The notes under the pieces: generated by a model | Database searches by the model: none | What the model saw: only the letters and a program-made list of their open reading frames with translations | Told to the model about the DNA's origin: nothing | Made by a program: the position numbers and the translations under genes | NCBI GenBank assembly: GCA_963665615.2 | Contig: CAXXQE010000006.1 | Coordinates: forward strand, 310,001 to 374,000 | Direction of reading: 5' to 3' | From: Syntrophales bacterium | Lineage (GTDB): Bacteria > Desulfobacterota > Syntrophia > Syntrophales > UBA4778 | Length of the DNA: 64,000 bases | Part shown: positions 33,093-43,208 of the stretch, piece by piece | Layout: every line of letters begins with the position of its first letter | Position numbering within the stretch: position 1 is the first letter of the stretch

Positions 33093-33353
33093 CTTTTACG
33101 CCTCCTCTTCGTTGAATACCTTTCATTTATTGGGCCAGGTCATTATCAGCGGCTTCCGCCAATCAACAAACTACTTGAAATTTAAAATGCCGAACCATTT
33201 TCCTGATGCTTTAGACCAACGCCAATTCGTCCCCACTGATATCACCCGCAAAAAAATTAATTATATCTTCTCATGATTAAACTTCAGCATTTAGGTTGCC
33301 GTAAGTCTCACCTGTTAGGTCATTGTTACCGATCTGCCTATTACGCTTTATCG

Positions 33354-33369
33354 TGCAATTGCCATACCA
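33354..33369 (-). promoter_or_regulatory. Sigma54 (-24/-12) promoter for the GRE operon
   Basis: The minus strand reads TGGTATGGCAATTGCA (GG-N10-GC), ~260 bp upstream of GRE copy B and just downstream of a sigma54 activator gene. Confidence 0.75.
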
Positions 33370-33639
33370 TACGACACAACGCTTTATCTCTTCAATATTA
33401 TTACAATTAAATAGAAGCAACCGCTAAACAAAAGGCATTAGTGATGATATATGACCACTTGATAGATGAAATAAGAACGCTAAATATTGACTCATCGCAA
33501 CATTGGTTTGAATAGTGGGAACACGGATTGGGGCGACTTCGAGAAATGATCAACGATCGGCAGGCAAGATGTTTTGAATCAAAATACTATCTAACTACCC
33601 AGAGCCATCTGGGCGATTTAATGTCTGAGACAGCTTCAT

Positions 33640-36600
33640 TTATTTGCAACGCATTCCAAGCTTTCTCAGGCGAGAGTTCAGCGTAGCACGATTCATATTC
33701 AAAATTTCAGACGCGCTACCCACGCCGCCAATCTTCCCATGGGTTTTGTTCAGCACAAATTGTATATACCGGCGCTGAATTTCATCCATCGTCGGGAAAT
33801 CAGAAAACGGGCTTTCGGAAGGCAAGCTTTCCGATTGATTCGTAAAATCAAATTCCAATTTGCCATCTTCCGCGATAAGCACCGCACGTTCAATAATGCT
33901 TTTTGAGCTCTCTGACGTTTCCTGGCCAAGTGTAGTTTTTCAGCGCCGACACTTGATCCTTTGTAATCGGCAATATCTTTTTTTTATACTTTTTGGCGAA
34001 GTACATTATGAAATGTCTGACTAACACCGAAACATCCTCAACGCGTTCCCGCAGAGGAGGAATAGACAACTCCAGTGTATTGAGTCTGAAATACAGGTCC
34101 TCGCGGAAGTGGCCGGCTTTCACCTCAGTTAAGAGGTTGCGGTTTGTTGCGGCTACCAGGCGAAAATCAGCCGTCTTGGTCTTTGTCCCGCCAACCCGCA
34201 TAAAAGTCTTCTGCTCAAGCAACCGCAAGAGCTTGACTTGAAGATGCTGAGGGATTTCCCCAATCTCGTCAAAAAACAACGTGCCGCCTTCTGCCATTTC
34301 AACACGACCAATCTTCTTTTGATGGGCGCCGGTAAAAGCACCTTTTTCATGACCGAAGAGTTCACTGTCTATCAAATTTTCTGGGATCGTCGTGAGATCC
34401 ACAACCACAAAAGGCTTGTCCCGGCGGGCGCTATGCCGATGAATCCACTGCGAGACGACTTCCTTGCCCACACCTGTTTCCCCCAGAATCAGGACCGGCG
34501 CGTCCGATTCGGCAAGGTGGGTGGCTTGATTCAACGTTTTGACCATCTTTTTATCTTTAACCAGGATATCGATACCGGAAAGATCAAGCGAGTCATGAAT
34601 CACGCACCCCGCATTGACCGGGGAATATAACGGTTCGTCAGCATCCAGCATACCGCTTTCTTGTCGCGCTAAAATGCCGGATAGATAGCGCCCCAGCGAT
34701 TCCAGCATGGGCAAATCAACAAAATCGAAACAGTTCGGTATATAGGAATTATCAAAATAAAGAACAGCCTGGACTCTTTCCCGCAATAGCGGCATACAAA
34801 TCACCGACACATGTCTTTTTTCTTTTGATCCAAAGGCTTCCTTCGGAAGATTTTCAAGGATAGGCTTCTGGCTCTGATAACACGCTTTAATCATATCCAT
34901 ATGACGCCGGAAATTCTGGTCGCTGATGATCGAACGGGAGAGGTTGCGGGCCATTTGCAATTCGGGCAGCTCTGTCTTGCCGCGACTGAAAACGAAAATA
35001 CCGGAACGTTCCGCCCGGAAGAAGCCCGAAAGGGTGGATAACAATAAATCCATTCTGATCGTTTCAGGTCTTGAAAACAACTCCTCCAGAATACGGATGG
35101 TCGGTTCAAGCGTTACGGGTGTCGCTGCATCTATTTTTGTCTGTTCCAGCAGAAACCTGAGATCATCCGGGAAGAATATTTCACTATAGACAGTCAGTTG
35201 TCTGTAAATATTATAGGCCAGACCGGCTGCCTTCTCGTACTGATTGTTTCTTAAATAATATCGTACAATCTCAATTCTTGTTTTCGCCAGTTGAAACGAA
35301 TCTTCACATTTCTCTAAAAGCGTCTCACTGTCTTGCAGATCCTTAAAGATAGAGGCTTCATCCTTGCCTTCTGTGATCGATTTCACCGCGCGAAGCCTCA
35401 GGGCTGTCCCCTGCAAATCAATATTCGGCTCGCGCATGATCCTTTCAAAAAGCGCATCAAAACGCCACTCGGCGGGGAGCTCGGCGCCGGCCTGTTCGGC
35501 ATTAAAATAACTTTCAAAAAAAGCAGGATGGTAGATCCACGGCACAATACCGACTTCATTCGCTAGCTGGAGCATCCTCTTGAACAGTGGAACCCCCTGA
35601 TCAATTGCGCCCTCAGAGAAATACAGGTAGCAAAGTCCCTCATGGCTGAGCCAATACGCAGACGCATTGTCCGCAGACAAGGCATCGGCCATCGCACCTT
35701 CCAGATGGAAGACGGCTTCTTCTCTCTTCCCGGCGATCCACAGATTAATGCCCAACAAAGCACGATAGTAGGATGCGGTAAAATGATCCCGGTGTTTTAT
35801 GGCTAACTGGCGGAAAAAATCCAGGGTGCTGATGGCCCGCTGAAAATCGCACCGATTCATATAACAATAGGAGATTAAATTAGGCGCCTCGCAACCCAGT
35901 AAATACTCTTCACTTGCCCAGATGTCCTGAGTGGCCGGTTCCAGGTAGTTAGCCGCCTTATTCAGATAACCTTGAATGAAATAATAGACGCCAATATAAA
36001 AAGAAGCATGCGATAAGATATCGTGATCCCCAAGTTCCTCTGCCTTTTCTTTTCCCTTCTCCAGGTAAAGAAGGGCGTCACAGAGTTTGTCCCGAAGCCA
36101 ATAGATCCGGCCGAGAAGCAGATTGGCAATAGCCCAATTCCGTTCATCGCCTATTTCTTGCGACATCGAGATGATCTTTTCCAGAATAAGAATATTCGTT
36201 CGGGAGCTGATGTACCGGGCACGGCAGTACTCTGAAAGCCGAATGCCTTCTGAAACAAACCAGGCCTTGCCGGATGAACTCTCACCCACCGAAGGCAACA
36301 GACGATCTATTTGACTTATATGTTTTTCAGCAATATCTCTCTTGCCTTCCTTTAATGCTTCAATCGCCAGGGTCATCTCGCCTTTTATGGTTAGATTCTC
36401 GCCTTCGGATTTGTGAAGCAGGTCCAGAAATGCCTCTCGTGGAATTTTATCGATGAGTCCTTTTGATTTGATGCGGCGGACGATTTTGGCCAGTTTTTCT
36501 GGGGAGTTCACCCGCCCGAGCTTCTGCTTCACGTCATCAGGCAAGATATCAGACAGGCCATATGCACCGTTATCATCCAGATAAACCCAACCATACGATT

Positions 36601-36748
36601 CACACTTGCGTATCAGTTCAATAAGCAGGCCCAGGGGAAGGGGCGACAATTGGGCAATTACATCCAAAGAGACCGGGCTGTCAAATGCCGCCATAATAGA
36701 GAGAAACACCCATTGTGACGATGTAAAATCGCAGCGCTCCATAGACAT
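33640..36748 (-). pseudogene. Large sigma54-dependent activator (helical-repeat N-terminus, GAF-like region, AAA+, Fis HTH), split by an apparent +1 frameshift that may be a sequencing error
   Basis: GETGVGKE, ELFGHEKGAFTGA, FFDEIGE, FREDLYFRL and WPGNVREL motifs. Removing one A from the A5 run at 33900-33904 gives ...RELKSIIERAVLIAEDG..., which runs into the HTH ORF 33640-33882. Confidence 0.85.
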
Positions 36749-37296
36749 ATGACCGATATCTCCTAAGATTTACGTAAAAGGGGAAGGGGGAGTCGATCCG
36801 GACTCAACTTGGGACGCCCCATTATTGAGATGTGAGCACTGTGAGCCGGATGACCAAAATGCTTTTATCCGCATATTAAAAGAATTAAGTTATGTCAATG
36901 CATTTTGATCTTCTGGGGATGACGCGCCTCAAAAATCGGCCATGCTCCTTTTTGGATCATGTATAGGATAGTTGGCTTAAAGCCATTTGAAGTATTTCAG
37001 AAAATGGTAGAAGCAAAAGAATGCTCATGTGGTTGAGGTTACCAAAAGAAAAAGTCAAAATCCATTTATGAGTTCGAATTCTTTCTTGGTCTTGAATTAT
37101 TGATCTGGATGTCGCTGAGAGGAACAACCCGTTTAGGCATAAGCAGCTACCTCCTTTTGGAGTCATTACGCCAAAAATGACTCCAAAAACGCCGGATCTT
37201 GATAAACTTGCCGGCACCTCCTTTGATGAATTTCAATAAAAAACCCGCTGTTTTCAGCGGGTTTTAGACTATATTGGACCGTATCGGATTATGTAC

Positions 37297-37373
37297 TGGT
37301 GGCGGCGCAGGGACTTGAACCCCGGACACTACGGATATGAGCCGTATGCTCTCACCAACTGAGCTACGCCGCC
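37297..37373 (-). tRNA. tRNA with CAT anticodon, probably elongator tRNA-Met
   Basis: GGCGGCGTAGCTCAGTTGGTGAGAGCATACGGCTCATATCCGTAGTGTCCGGGGTTCAAGTCCCTGCGCCGCCACCA folds as a cloverleaf with a TTC loop and encoded CCA. Confidence 0.93.
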
Positions 37374-37411
37374 GAAAGAGTGGGTATTAATATACAAATT
37401 CTGCTCTGTTG

Positions 37412-39307
37412 TCAATCTCCTGATAAGTACTTTTTGTTGTCCATCGGATAGACAATAAGGGTCGTCTTGCCTGGCACTTCCGAGTTCGCCGCCCCCACAA
37501 CTGCAACGACCAGTTCGCTGTGCCCGTCGCTGTTGAGATCGCAAACCTGCATGTCTGCCACATAGCCATCGAGTTTAATGCGTCTGCCGGTGTCTTTAAA
37601 CGCCTTGCCAGACCACTCCAGATCGACGATCTCTCCCGACAGATAAATCTTCTCATTGCCGAAAACCAATCCTGCTGAGGCGATGTTCCTGGCCAGGGTG
37701 AGTCCCCTTTTTGTCTTGTCGAGGGATTCGAAGAGGAACATTCTGATATTTACATAATTCAAATAGGTCTGGATCGTACCGCTGCTCGTCTGATTTCGCT
37801 CCGTCCCGAAGCTGTTGGCCGTTCCGCCAAATGTCCCCGTGCTCTTCCACAGCAGCGACCTGGACACCAAAAAGCCCTTGATCTTTTCTATCAATGTATC
37901 ATTCAGCTGATAAACGCACAGGGTATCGGTCCTGTCCAACGCGACGATCCGGCGCTCACCGCCCGCATCGAGCGTTCCCATGGTCATGTCGTAAATGCCG
38001 TATGCCTTGGGAAGTTTCAAGGTTTGCGCAGCCCCGTAGCTCTTTCCATCCCATTTCATTTCGACAACCGGCGTATTAAACGGCGATTCCGCCGCTCCCA
38101 AAGTCTGCCCCAGCAGGGTCGGCTTGCCGGAGAGTTTAGCCACGCGCATCAGCCACGGCAGATCGGAAGCCAGCCTTGCATACTTTCCATTGGCGAAGCT
38201 CAAAACTTGAGACTTGCCGACGCCTTTTGAAACGGCCGACAAAAAGATCTGCGGCACCCCAGCGCCATTGATATCGGCCACATCGACGGCAAGAAGCTGA
38301 ATGTCGTCGCCGACGCTGATCGTCTTCAGCAGATTCAATTCCTCGCCGACTTTCCGATAGATGAACAGATGATGCGCATCGATGCAGACAATTTCGTTTT
38401 GACCGTCTCGATCGATATCTCCGACCGCCAAACCCACCACTCTGGCGTCGAGTTTCTGGCTAGACCAGGACGTCTCCACTGGCTGAGCCGGCGTCACAGC
38501 GGGCTTCGTCTTCCGGTCGACGTCGGGACGGTTGGCGGGAACAGGCGTCGGTGCCGTCTTGACAACGTCCGTCGTCTTATCGGGAACCGTCATTAGCGGC
38601 GGATTCGGACCGGCAGGCGGCGTCGCAACGGGACCTGGCTCATCTGTACGGAGCTTCTCCGAGGCAACGGATTTGGAATTGGCCACACTTGTAAGTGTTC
38701 CCGTTTTCGATCTCAAGGCGTTAAGGGCCAGGGCCCCATCCTGTGCGGAAGATTCCCGCTGGGCTCCCCCCCTTGCCGGTATCGACTTGACAGTCGGTAG
38801 CAGCGCTGCAGAAGCGAAGACGTCAAAGGTGGCGGGCACCTCCCCTAGAATATGCTGGTCGATACGCCTCGCGAAATCGTTGACCTTCGGAATAATATCG
38901 TCCTGACCGATACTGCGGATACTCGTTACGACGGGAACTGCATTTTGAGCCATATCGAGGACCCGGCCGTCGATCAAGGTCGCCTCCGGATCTTTCTTGA
39001 TACTGCCCCAGACCACGTAGTCAACGCCAAGTTTCTGCCCGACCACATAGACATCGGACTGGCCCAGTTCCTTTTTGTGAACCAGGTCGATCAACTCCTG
39101 TACGGCTGCCTCATCGAGAACCTCTATCTGCCCCTCGACGTTTAATCGTGATGTCAGCATTGCCAGAATGCCACTGCGAAGATAATCCATGCTTTCCGAA
39201 CCGGCGATACTGAACGGCAAGACGGCGATTTTCTTTATTTCACTTCCCCAGACGCTGCCTGCCGTCATCAGAATGACAAGACTCAACAGGGTGACCCACT
39301 TTTTCAT
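37412..39307 (-). CDS. Secreted FG-GAP/VCBS repeat protein with N-terminal TolB-N/CsgG-like domain
   Basis: Signal peptide, IAVLPF..G and DYVVWGSI, a Pro/Thr linker, then GDIDRDGQNEI, ADINGAG and DLNSDGHSELVV repeats. Confidence 0.8.
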   Translation of the reverse strand: MKKWVTLLSLVILMTAGSVWGSEIKKIAVLPFSIAGSESMDYLRSGILAMLTSRLNVEGQIEVLDEAAVQELIDLVHKKELGQSDVYVVGQKLGVDYVVWGSIKKDPEATLIDGRVLDMAQNAVPVVTSIRSIGQDDIIPKVNDFARRIDQHILGEVPATFDVFASAALLPTVKSIPARGGAQRESSAQDGALALNALRSKTGTLTSVANSKSVASEKLRTDEPGPVATPPAGPNPPLMTVPDKTTDVVKTAPTPVPANRPDVDRKTKPAVTPAQPVETSWSSQKLDARVVGLAVGDIDRDGQNEIVCIDAHHLFIYRKVGEELNLLKTISVGDDIQLLAVDVADINGAGVPQIFLSAVSKGVGKSQVLSFANGKYARLASDLPWLMRVAKLSGKPTLLGQTLGAAESPFNTPVVEMKWDGKSYGAAQTLKLPKAYGIYDMTMGTLDAGGERRIVALDRTDTLCVYQLNDTLIEKIKGFLVSRSLLWKSTGTFGGTANSFGTERNQTSSGTIQTYLNYVNIRMFLFESLDKTKRGLTLARNIASAGLVFGNEKIYLSGEIVDLEWSGKAFKDTGRRIKLDGYVADMQVCDLNSDGHSELVVAVVGAANSEVPGKTTLIVYPMDNKKYLSGD

Positions 39308-39616
39308 TCTTTTCTCCTGATCAGTGTGTTCAGAAAGGCGCGTATATTATGGCGCACTGCTCGCATACCTTTTAGTGACGTGCTTTTCTCCGGCAATTGC
39401 CTCGGCACAAGCGCTCGCCCTGGCTCTAACCTGTCCGAACAGCCTGAAAAAATGTAAATATTGCAAAATCTTCGGCATCCCCCTAACGATGGGTACGTAT
39501 AACGGTCGCGCGTCCACGCCACATACGCTGCTACGTTCCGTCCTAGGGGGGAACACAATTTCGGCTTGTTGCGAACCTTTAGCACCTTATGACCAATAAA
39601 TTCAAGCAGGAATTCT

Positions 39617-40501
39617 TCATTGAAGACGCGCCGGAGGTTGCCCCGGTGAGTCTTCAATGGCCTGATAGGACCGCAATCTTTCAAGGTTGATCCGGTCCAT
39701 GTCCCCTACCTTTGGCGTCTCTATGATCTTGGCGATATCTCGAAACTTCCGATTCCTCATGATCCATTGAAAGGCCGTCTTCCCGATCTGCCCCTGGCCG
39801 ATATGGGTATGGCGATCCTGGTTGGACCCCAATCCTTTAAGAGAATCGTTGAGATGTATCACCTTGAGCTTATCCCATCCGATCAATCTGCCAACCCGTT
39901 CGAAATACAACTTGCATTGAGACTCCGTGCGCAGATCATAGCCGGCAGAAAAAATATGGCAGGTGTCCAGGCACAGTCCGACTCTCTCGGCAGATGCAAG
40001 TCCCCCCAAGAGATCTCTCAGTTCCTCCAGCGTCGAACCGAGATAAGTCCCCTGTCCCGCAGTCGTTTCCAGGAGTATCTCGACAGGACAGTCCGGGAGC
40101 CGTTCATAAAGGCCGTCGATTGCTTCAATAACGCGCCGCTGCCCCTGCTTCGCGCCCGTTTCCCTATGCGCTCCAGGATGAAGGACCAGATACCTTATCC
40201 CTAGCTGCTCGCAACGGACGAGCTCCTGATACGTCGCCTCGATCGAACGGGCATAGAGTCCCGGTTCAGGAGAGGCAAGATTGACCAGATAGCCGCCGTG
40301 ACTGATGATCGGATCGATACGGGTTTGTCGTTGTGCGCTTCGAAAGGCCTCAATTTCTTCAGGCGGTAGCACACGCTCTTTCCACTGGGAGGCATTCTTC
40401 GTAAAAAGCTGGATCGTGGAGCAGCCCAAGGCCTGCCCGCGCTGGAGGGCCTGCACCAATCCTCCGGCAATCGACATGTGGGCCCCGAGTAATACGCGCA
40501 T
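39617..40501 (-). CDS. nfo: Endonuclease IV (AP endonuclease)
   Basis: LGAHMSIAGG, QLFTKN, HGGYLVNL, LHPG, ETTAGQG, CLDTCH, HLNDS, DRH.HIG.G and ETP motifs. Confidence 0.95.
   Translation of the reverse strand: MRVLLGAHMSIAGGLVQALQRGQALGCSTIQLFTKNASQWKERVLPPEEIEAFRSAQRQTRIDPIISHGGYLVNLASPEPGLYARSIEATYQELVRCEQLGIRYLVLHPGAHRETGAKQGQRRVIEAIDGLYERLPDCPVEILLETTAGQGTYLGSTLEELRDLLGGLASAERVGLCLDTCHIFSAGYDLRTESQCKLYFERVGRLIGWDKLKVIHLNDSLKGLGSNQDRHTHIGQGQIGKTAFQWIMRNRKFRDIAKIIETPKVGDMDRINLERLRSYQAIEDSPGQPPARLQ
39618..39659. repeat. REP-like family A, short palindromic copy forming the 3' end of nfo
   Basis: cattgaagac.c.ccgg...ccggtgagtcttcaatg. Confidence 0.75.
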
Positions 40502-40824
40502 GAATTTGATCCTTAAATGCAAGTTTCGAGTTGATAAACTTAAAACGAGGGGTTACGAGTCACGTGTGGCGATTAACAGATTAAATAACTGCTGTTGCCA
40601 TGCCACGGGCATTTGCCACACACTGTTATTGAAACAAGCCGACGGGGAACTATACCCGCTACGTCCCCTTATTTCCAGCAGGAAGGTTTACGGATTGAAA
40701 AAAAACAACCAGACAAACCGCTAACTTAAGAAAATCAGGCCATTTGCGATCCCGTTTTTTGTTTGACTCCTACCTCTGATTTACCTATACTTCCTCCCTC
40801 AAAATAAACCTATCGGGTGACACG

Positions 40825-42009
40825 TTGGACGTTTCGAAAGTTGCTATCATCGGTCCCGGAAGACTCGGCACATCGTTGGCCTACAAGTTCGGCCGAGACG
40901 GCAAGAAGGTCTCGATGTATTACCACGACGCCGATCTGTGCCGTGAGATCAACACGACCCATCTCAATCCCAGGCACCTCACGGAAGATATCGTCAAGCG
41001 TGTGGGCGGGCGGGAGAATGTTCCGCAGCTGTCCGACACGGTCTTTGCAACCAACGACCTGGAGTGGATCGTCAAGGAGAACGATTTTATTCTGCTTTCC
41101 ATCACGATGAGCGGGCTGCCGGAAGTCCTCAACTACATCAAGCCCTTTATCGCCCACAAGAAAAGAAAGACGATCATCATCTCTCCCATCAAGGGACTGG
41201 CCTCGGACGACAAAACCAAGGAACTCATCACGCCCTCGCAGTTGATCGACATCTATCTCTACAACCTTCAGCACAAATACGAAGTCGTCTGCATGGGGGG
41301 CCCTTTTTTCGATATCGATATCGCGCTCGGCAAACCCGTCTGCCTCACGATTGCCGGACCGCGTAAGATCGCCAAGCTCGTCAAGTCCGAGTTTCTCAAG
41401 TGCAATCGGAGAGAAATGACCTCGTTTTACAATTTTGACATGGTCGGATCCGAGGCCTGTGGCGCGTTGAAGAACATGGTTGCCAACCTCAAAGGGGTGA
41501 CGGATTCGATGGAACTCGGCAATTCCCTGCCGGGAACGCTCTTTGCGCGATCCGGTGTCGAAATTCGTTCTATCTCGATGTTGCTCGGAGGAGACTTCCA
41601 GGCTTTTCACAGCCAGGCGGGTGTTGGTGACCTCTATGTGACGATTTCATCGGATGCCAGCAAGAACTACCGCTACGGCAAGTTCTTCTATCAATTATAT
41701 AACGGCAATCCCATTGAAACCAACATTAACGTCCTGAGCCATATCGACGGCTCCCCGGAAGGCCCCCATACGATCCGCAGCGTTCACCGCTATCTCGAGA
41801 AGAAAAATATGTACAGCCCGCTCTTCAGTAGTGCCTTTAAGATCTTCAACGAGTTTAGCAACAAGGATGAGATCAAAGAAACGATTATCCAGGCTTGTCA
41901 ATTCGACCGTCGCGACAAGGAATACATCCCCCCCTTCTCCAGACTCCTCTACCGCCTCATGCCGAACTGGTGGTACCGGCGGGACAAGGGACTGCTGGCA
42001 AGGATGTGA
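40825..42009 (+). CDS. gpsA: NAD(P)H-dependent glycerol-3-phosphate dehydrogenase family protein, divergent
   Basis: IIGPGRLGTSLA, IKGL, MGGP, EACGALKN, AGVGDLYVT and EG motifs. Confidence 0.75.
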   Translation: MDVSKVAIIGPGRLGTSLAYKFGRDGKKVSMYYHDADLCREINTTHLNPRHLTEDIVKRVGGRENVPQLSDTVFATNDLEWIVKENDFILLSITMSGLPEVLNYIKPFIAHKKRKTIIISPIKGLASDDKTKELITPSQLIDIYLYNLQHKYEVVCMGGPFFDIDIALGKPVCLTIAGPRKIAKLVKSEFLKCNRREMTSFYNFDMVGSEACGALKNMVANLKGVTDSMELGNSLPGTLFARSGVEIRSISMLLGGDFQAFHSQAGVGDLYVTISSDASKNYRYGKFFYQLYNGNPIETNINVLSHIDGSPEGPHTIRSVHRYLEKKNMYSPLFSSAFKIFNEFSNKDEIKETIIQACQFDRRDKEYIPPFSRLLYRLMPNWWYRRDKGLLARM

Positions 42010-42260
42010 CGTCAGAAAATCGCGGCGACTCATGCATGACCAGTAAAGAAAGCTGGGACAGCAAAATTCTTCTACGGCAACATGTCTCAAGTTAAGACTT
42101 TTTCGACAGGCTGTTAAGCAAAAGGCCGGCAGCGCTACGACTCAAAGAAAATTTCCCAAAATAGCAAATCCCATCAAGAAGTGCCGAAAGGTCCTACCGC
42201 AAGCGGGGCGTGATGCTCTGTATGTGACCACCACGCCCCGTATCTCAGTGATTGCACGAC

Positions 42261-43208
42261 TTACGCCAGCGGCATCAGGGCGAATAAGCCGAACGCATTA
42301 AAGAGTGATATCAACGATGCCATCGCGGCAATGGCGAACGCCGGTGGATCGATGTGGGTATCGCCATAGACCAGGAAGGCTCCAGCAAAAAACTGACCCA
42401 GAAAAGCGGTCACAATGCCAAAGATCCCACCCCAGAGAACACTCCCACTGGCCAAAGCCGCCAGCGCTGCCACCAGCGTGATATGATGGGTCACCGGGAT
42501 CATAGCCCCGAACTGCAGAAAAACAAGACTCACCAGTGAAAAGCCGAAGCAGATAAATGCCCCGCCGCCTTTGGCGCCCATCATCATGGCGACATAGCTC
42601 GATGCGAAACCTGCGGCAATCCCGATCAGCAGAAGCTCCATGAAGCTCTGCTGCCAGGGAACCCAGACATGCTCGCCTTCGAACTTGAAGCGGCTCTTTC
42701 CTTCGGGCACCTTGCCGAAAAGCCCTGTCTTGCCGAAAACGAGTCTGGCGATGATCGTGGTGATCGTCAGCGCAATCGCCATGGCATCGGTCCACATGTA
42801 ACCGTTGATCTTGAGAGGGAAGACGGTCTGAATCAGCCAGTAGAGCGTCGCCGCAATGATGCCGAATAAACCGCCCACCAATAAGACATCGGGACGCTTC
42901 AAACCCATCAGCGGGGTGGCGAGATCGCGTCCGGAAGCGATATAGCCCTTCCGACCGGCGTAGGCCGCGGCGGCACATGCGCCGCCGTATATCATGAAAC
43001 CCGTTCCATAACTGAAACCAACATTAAATAAAAATGCCGGAGGTCCACCCGCTGCCATCGTTGCCGCTCCGCACAACATAATAACGCCCACGATAACAAA
43101 GACAGGAATCGTTCCAAAGGCCGTTGCGAACATGCCTCCTGCAAAAGCCAACAGAACATGGTGAAAACTCATCCCACCCAGCGCTACAGACAGTTCATGT
43201 GCCATCAA
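42261..43208 (-). CDS. Uncharacterised multi-pass membrane protein (possible permease)
   Basis: About 10 Gly/Ala-rich transmembrane helices with PDVLLVGG, PVTHHITL and DTHIDPPA. AGGAGG RBS. Confidence 0.75.
   Translation of the reverse strand: MMAHELSVALGGMSFHHVLLAFAGGMFATAFGTIPVFVIVGVIMLCGAATMAAGGPPAFLFNVGFSYGTGFMIYGGACAAAAYAGRKGYIASGRDLATPLMGLKRPDVLLVGGLFGIIAATLYWLIQTVFPLKINGYMWTDAMAIALTITTIIARLVFGKTGLFGKVPEGKSRFKFEGEHVWVPWQQSFMELLLIGIAAGFASSYVAMMMGAKGGGAFICFGFSLVSLVFLQFGAMIPVTHHITLVAALAALASGSVLWGGIFGIVTAFLGQFFAGAFLVYGDTHIDPPAFAIAAMASLISLFNAFGLFALMPLA

Larger units (their letters stand above)
23371..37296. mobile_element. Putative tRNA-Met-associated genomic island with no intact integrase
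   Basis: Exact 28-bp direct repeat caataaaaaacccgctgttttcagcggg at 23371-23398 and 37234-37261. A degenerate tRNA fragment (ggcgcag-N4-ttgaac) lies at 23406-23422. The interior has more AT-rich stretches and carries accessory cargo. Confidence 0.6.

Noticed and set aside
42096..42116. gactttttcgacaggctgtta resembling an IS/MITE terminal repeat
   Set aside because: It is a single end with no partner TIR or transposase in the window.
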